Below are positions 59,209 through 64,000 of a stretch of DNA of 64,000 nucleotides, piece after piece. Positions within the stretch are counted from its first letter, which is position 1. Every line of letters begins with the position of its first letter. The notes under the pieces were generated by a model, which worked only from the letters and a program-made list of their open reading frames with translations, was not told where the DNA came from and made no database searches. Source of the DNA: an uncultured cyanobacterium (GTDB taxonomy: Bacteria; Cyanobacteriota; Cyanobacteriia; Pseudanabaenales; Pseudanabaenaceae); assembly GCA_963703315.1 (NCBI GenBank), contig OY969811.1, positions 4,160,001 through 4,224,000 on the forward strand. The letters run 5' to 3'. A program made the position numbers and the translations under genes.

Positions 59209-59382
59209 TAGCTCACCCAAAAGAAGAAGTAGATGTCGCTTACCAGCGAAAAGTATATGCTACTGGTATGCATTTAGTGTAATCTCGCTCTACTTTACTC
59301 TACAAACTGATTGAATTATAGATTTTTTATCAATGGTTAGCACAGTATCTTCATCTAACATATCAAATTTAAGTTGAAGATC

Positions 59383-59787
59383 TCAATTTATCGTGGGTGC
59401 AAGATACAAAATATGTACCTCAGGCGCAAAGGTAATAATATCGCCATTCTGTAGATTGTAGGAAGATATTTTGCGTGATGCGTTTAAGACAATCCCATTT
59501 TTGCTACGTTTACCTGAAGCGCTACCATCAATAATCCGATATGTATGCGGTTGATGGCGCTGGCGGGCTTTGATTAAGATTGCGTGATAACGAGAAACAA
59601 AATCAGAATTTAAGCGTACAGTATTATCATCTTCACGACCAATTGTATACTGCTCATCAACTAGAGAGATCTTCCGAGTCCCACTATTGTCAGTGACTAC
59701 TAGAGTAGGTACGGGGGAAAGATTGATGCTAATTTCTGACTCTTCATGGATGTTGGCTTCCGACTCTTCATAGGTTTGGTTGGTCAT
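59383..59787 (-). CDS. FHA-domain protein (tandem paralog)
   Basis: TIGRE, VSRYHA, SKNG and LQNGDII motifs. Confidence 0.9.
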   Translation of the reverse strand: MTNQTYEESEANIHEESEISINLSPVPTLVVTDNSGTRKISLVDEQYTIGREDDNTVRLNSDFVSRYHAILIKARQRHQPHTYRIIDGSASGKRSKNGIVLNASRKISSYNLQNGDIITFAPEVHILYLAPTIN

Positions 59788-60013
59788 ATTCTTCACTAAC
59801 TCTTTAGAGCTGCTTGGGTTTTGGTTTGTACTAGCTAACTCTTTTTTGGCTATACCTCGACATAATTAAAAAATGCATTCATAAGCTAGGTTGCAGGCTG
59901 AGGGTGCAACTAAAAATTTAGCAAACTCTACCCATGATTTGTATCCGTCAAATTAACCTATAGTTGTAAGGGAGTAAAAGTATCTTTTAGATTATATTCG
60001 GAGAAATATTGCA

Positions 60014-61121
60014 GTGGACGTTACGGAGATCGCACGCCAAACTCAACTCCTATCTCAGCGCCTGAGCAAAGCTCAGGACTATCTTTGACGTACCTGCGAT
60101 CGCGGCAAAAATTAGTGACTTAGAGCAAACTGCTGCCCAACCAGAATTTTGGGAAAATAGCGACCAAGCGCAAAAAATAATGCGTGAGTTAGATGGACTC
60201 AAATCCCATCTTGAAAAATTTGCTCATTGGCGCAAGACCATCGAAAACCTTGAGGCGATCGCTGAATTGCTTGCCCTTGAGGATGATCCTTCCCTCGCTA
60301 ATGAAGCTAATCAAAGTCTTCAGCAACTATTGCAAGAATTAGATCGTTGGGATCTAGAGCAGTTACTTTCTGGCAAATATGACAAATATGACGCAGTTTT
60401 AACGATTAATGCGGGTGCTGGTGGTACGGACTCCCAAGATTGGACAGAAATGTTGCTGCGAATGTATACCCGTTTTTGTCAGTCTCAGGGCTATAAGGTG
60501 GAAATTTCCGAAATATCTGAGGGTGAAGAAGCGGGCATAAAGTCCGTAACTTTGCTCGTGCATGGACGCTATGCCTATGGTTATCTTGCGCCTGAAAAAG
60601 GCACTCATCGCCTTGTCCGAATTTCGCCCTTTAATGCCAATGACAAGCGCCAAACTAGCTTTGCGGGTGTAGAAATAATGCCCTTGCTCGAAGAAGATGT
60701 CGATCTAGAAATTGATCCAAAAGAGTTAGAAATTACGACCACTAGGGCTGGTGGTAAGGGTGGTCAAAACGTAAATAAAGTGGAGACAGCAGTACGAATT
60801 ACCCATTTACCCACAGGAATTTCGGTACGCTGTACGCAAGAGCGATCGCAGTTGCAAAACAAAGAAAATGCCATGCGATTACTTAAGGCAAAGTTGCTCA
60901 TCATTGCCCAAGAGCAACGCGCCCAGAAAATCGCCGATATTCGTGGAGATATGGTAGAGGCGGCTTGGGGTAACCAAATTCGTAACTATGTGTTTCATCC
61001 TTACCAATTGGTCAAGGATTTACGCACAGGTGAAGAAACTACAAATATTCAAAATGTGATGGATGGAGATCTTGATCCCTTCATTCAGTCATATTTGCGG
61101 CAACAAAATCAGCCAATTTAA
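60014..61121 (+). CDS. prfB: Peptide chain release factor 2 with programmed +1 frameshift (CTT TGA C at 60083-60089)
   Basis: GTG at 60014 gives 24 codons ending AQDYL, then TGA; the +1 frame DVPAIAAKI.. joins the ORF containing SPF and GGQ. Confidence 0.95.
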
Positions 61122-61174
61122 GTCAATATTTGTTATACGTCCTTAGAGTTTTTGGCGATTAATGGCGATCGATT

Positions 61175-61756
61175 ATGAATAGTTGGTATCAGAGACATTC
61201 GGTTGATCTACAAGATCATTTAACAAATCATGGTTTAAAGCATGATTTAAAAAGTCGTGTTAAAAAATATCTGGGTCGTGGCATTGGGGCGATCAGTTTA
61301 TTTGGTTTGTCCATAGTCATCAGCGCGATCGCCGATCCCTTGATTCATGGCGATCGCCTCTCAGCTTCGGCGGAAACCTGTACAAAATCATCATCTCTGC
61401 AAAATTTTCTGACTAAAGTTACCTTTGGGGATGACCATATTACTCGATATGCATCGGCAGCTAATGCGATCGAAAACAAACGTTTAGAAGTTTTCCGTGC
61501 CGCCAAGAAAAATGAAAACTGGAGTACGGTCGCCAAGGTCGCAGAATCTCAACAAACTAAGGTCTGCGACCTTGCTAATCCACCAGAATTCTTACAATCT
61601 CTCTGCAAACAATTACGCAGTTATAGTGAAGAAACAATTTGTCATTATGGATTTAGTACCAAAGAATTCAATCAAATTACCCTTGAGCAAATGCAAAATG
61701 CTCAGCTAAGAAGCTTGATCCAAGACAAACAAATGCAACTGCGAGGCAAAAAATAG
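61175..61756 (+). CDS. DUF4168-like exported protein
   Basis: Hydrophobic segment; ITRYASAANAIENKR..C..C..FNQIT pattern. Confidence 0.65.
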   Translation: MNSWYQRHSVDLQDHLTNHGLKHDLKSRVKKYLGRGIGAISLFGLSIVISAIADPLIHGDRLSASAETCTKSSSLQNFLTKVTFGDDHITRYASAANAIENKRLEVFRAAKKNENWSTVAKVAESQQTKVCDLANPPEFLQSLCKQLRSYSEETICHYGFSTKEFNQITLEQMQNAQLRSLIQDKQMQLRGKK

Positions 61757-61769
61757 GTCTATTCAATTC

Positions 61770-61926
61770 AGAGTTGTAGTACTTCGTGCTGCAACTCTAA
61801 TTTATTTCTGTCACCAGTCTTAAACCAGAAGCGAGTGGCGACGCTTTGCGCCGCCACTCGCTTCTGGGATTTTGAATAGCAAACAAAAAAAGAGTCGGGC
61901 TTAGCCCGACTCTTTTTTGTTTGCTA
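61770..61926. repeat. Cluster of three palindromes upstream of pilM
   Basis: AGAGTTGTAGTAC TTC GTGCTGCAACTCT; CCAGAAGCGAGTGGCGACGC TTT GCGCCGCCACTCGCTTCTGG; TAGCAAACAAAAAAAGAGTCGGGC TTA GCCCGACTCTTTTTTGTTTGCTA. Confidence 0.8.
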
Positions 61927-62094
61927 AAACGCTCAAAATCGTCTATAAGAAACAAGGCAAAATCAGACATCTACGATGTTAGTCATGATTATTTTTTCTT
62001 GTGCTATTGACAATGGTCACTTACAGTCTATAATCCCTCCATCGTTTAGTATGCCCAGTGCTACAAAAGCTACAAAACTCGTAAAGACACGCTT

Positions 62095-63204
62095 ATGTTC
62101 GGCTTAAAGTTTGGCGGAAAGTCTAAAAAAGGTATCGGAATTGAAATCACTTCCGAGAAAGTTAACCTAGTGCAATTGAAGCGTAAGGGGCAGTCCTCTT
62201 ACAAGCTATTGTCCTATGGTAGCGTTGAGCTTCCTGAAGGAACAGTTGAAGAAGGGCGTATTCTCGATCCCGTAGCGCTGGGCGAAGTAATTCGCAGTTT
62301 GCTGACGGAAAAGAAAATCAAGGTCAAGAAAGTTGCCACAGCTTTGCCAGGGCGTGAAACCGTTAGTCGCTTGATCCGATTACCTGCGGAAATTCCTGAT
62401 CTGGAATTGCGCGAAATGGTCTTGAATCAAGAAGCTAGTTTGTACTTACCTTTCCCTCGCGAAGATGCTGATGTGGATTATCAAAAATTGGGTACGGCTC
62501 TTGATGATGATGGCATCGAACGGATTGAAATCTTAATGGTGGCAACACCAAAAGAAGTAACAGATAGCTATATCCAAGCTTTGGAAATCGCCCAGCTACA
62601 GGTTGATGTTGTCGAGGTCAGCAGTTTTGCGCTAATTCGGGCAATGCACAATGAGCTAGCCAAATTTAGCACCTTAGCGGAAGCGGTGGCGATCGTGGAT
62701 ATTGAGTACGAAGCTACGGAAATTACCGTAACTGTTGATGGAGTTCCCCAATTTTCACGTACTTTCCCGATTGGCACGGCTCAGATTCAGAATGCTCAAT
62801 TACGGGCGATCAATTTGCCGCCACGACGGACAACGGATATGGAGATGTTGAGTTCCACCGTTGTCCCTGTGCAGTCGATGGACACCGCCAGTTTAGCGGG
62901 TGGTGGTAATACCCCAGGTGATGCTGCCATTATGCGTGTAGTTGGTGATCTATCCGATGAATTACGCCGTTCTATAGACTTCTATACTAGTCAGTCTCCA
63001 GGCTCAGATGTAGTACAGTTGTTGATTGCAGGACCTGGTGCTTGTATTGGTCAGTTAAATGAGTTCTTTAGTCAACGTCTTGGCATTGCGGCGATCGCAG
63101 TAGATCCACTAACGGCTATTGGTGTAACTGTTGATATTGATCTTCCTGTAGAGGAACGTATGTCATTGTCTATTGCTTTGGGTCTAGGTTTGAGGGAGGT
63201 TTAA
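62095..63204 (+). CDS. pilM: Type IV pilus assembly protein PilM
   Basis: Actin-like fold: GIGIEI, EASLYLPFP, ELRRSIDFY and ALGLGLR. Confidence 0.95.
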   Translation: MFGLKFGGKSKKGIGIEITSEKVNLVQLKRKGQSSYKLLSYGSVELPEGTVEEGRILDPVALGEVIRSLLTEKKIKVKKVATALPGRETVSRLIRLPAEIPDLELREMVLNQEASLYLPFPREDADVDYQKLGTALDDDGIERIEILMVATPKEVTDSYIQALEIAQLQVDVVEVSSFALIRAMHNELAKFSTLAEAVAIVDIEYEATEITVTVDGVPQFSRTFPIGTAQIQNAQLRAINLPPRRTTDMEMLSSTVVPVQSMDTASLAGGGNTPGDAAIMRVVGDLSDELRRSIDFYTSQSPGSDVVQLLIAGPGACIGQLNEFFSQRLGIAAIAVDPLTAIGVTVDIDLPVEERMSLSIALGLGLREV

Positions 63205-63213
63205 TAATAAAAG

Positions 63214-63924
63214 ATGTATATACTTGATATTAATTTTTTAAGCGATCGCGCTGCTGCTGAATCGCAAGCAGTAGAACGGCAGCCAATCGCTGATTCACAG
63301 TTCCTCATCTATGGTGGTGGTGTTGCAGTAGTTGCTCTCGCCTTAGTTGGTGGTGCATTTTTCTTCTTAAACTCAGCTAATGAAAATCTAAAGCAAGAAA
63401 TTTCTACTTTGACTGCTAAAGAAACTCAACTCAATAGCAGAATTACGGCTTTAAAAAGTCAAGAAACTCAATTACAGGCGATCGAATCGAGAACCGCCGA
63501 TCTCGTAAAGCTGTTTGTGGGTAACTTACCTGTGAGTGCGATCGCTGATGACATCAGAAAGCGTACTCCCTTAACAGTTCAAGTAGATTCAATTACCCAA
63601 GCACCTATACCTCCATCTCCTCAAAACCCAAATCCCACCTCAAGCATCACCCTAACTGGAAAAGCCACTAGCTACAACGAATTGAATGACTTTCTGTTAT
63701 TACTAAAAGCATCTCCTCTTTTAGAAGATAAAGAAACAAAGCTAGTTTCATCAACTTTGCAACAAGTGACTGCCGATAAAAACTTTACATTGGTTAATTT
63801 CCAAGTAAAAACGGCTCTTACTTCCAAAAGTCCTGCGGAAATATTGCCTGAACTTCAAAAAACAGGTGCAGATGGTCTAGTTACTAGAGTCAACCTATTA
63901 AAACAACAAGGAGTGATCAAATAA
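63214..63924 (+). CDS. pilN: Type IV pilus assembly protein PilN
   Basis: LDINFL N-terminal motif, a TM, coiled coil and NDFLLLLKASP; follows pilM. Confidence 0.92.
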   Translation: MYILDINFLSDRAAAESQAVERQPIADSQFLIYGGGVAVVALALVGGAFFFLNSANENLKQEISTLTAKETQLNSRITALKSQETQLQAIESRTADLVKLFVGNLPVSAIADDIRKRTPLTVQVDSITQAPIPPSPQNPNPTSSITLTGKATSYNELNDFLLLLKASPLLEDKETKLVSSTLQQVTADKNFTLVNFQVKTALTSKSPAEILPELQKTGADGLVTRVNLLKQQGVIK

Positions 63925-63925
63925 A

Positions 63926-64000
63926 ATGACAAATGTTGGAGCTGCTTCGGGTATCGAAGATGGTGCAGCAGGTGGAGTCACCCTATTTGGTGTCACCTTT
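63926..64000 (+). CDS. pilO: Type IV pilus assembly protein PilO (5' part, runs off the window)
   Basis: ATG just after the pilN stop; MTNVGAASGIEDGAAGGVTLFGVTF resembles cyanobacterial PilO N-termini. Confidence 0.7.
   Translation, partial: MTNVGAASGIEDGAAGGVTLFGVTF

Noticed and set aside
1..64000. Very frequent GCGATCGC octamer as a novel repeat
   Set aside because: This is HIP1, a well-known genome-wide cyanobacterial palindrome; used here only as a taxonomic and foreign-DNA marker.

Overview
Chromosomal window of a cyanobacterium. The octamer HIP1 (GCGATCGC) is very dense; gene content and repeat families suggest a Pseudanabaena-like filamentous strain (inference). Left to right: a sucrose/osmotic-stress region (sps 3' end, spp-like HAD, amylosucrase, two MscS channels, an ArsB/NhaD transporter, a head-to-head two-component pair, a GT4 glycosyltransferase); fibrillin; a 16.4 kb five-gene operon of secreted DUF11-type Ig-like proteins plus an outer-membrane beta-barrel/OmpA protein; an unannotated zinc-independent L36 (ykgO type); wecA-like, tsf, SUI1, Uma2; a CheB/CheR-containing chemosensory operon interrupted by an NgoPII-like restriction-modification pair; ackA, a defence/TA islet (HepT-MntA with a nonsense-mutated toxin, DUF4258/DUF2283, nuclease-NACHT), a histidine phosphatase and phosphoketolase; sat, csaB, two FHA proteins, frameshifted prfB and pilMNO. 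Intergenic spaces carry many MITE- and REP-like palindromes. The most notable observation is the DUF11 operon. Its proteins carry complementary split halves of an isopeptide-type Ig domain (N-terminal Asn 'donor' strands versus C-terminal Lys 'acceptor' domains), distributed as expected for the tip, shaft, base and chaperone of a covalently cross-linked pilus. All calls come from motif recognition by eye; no database searches were run.
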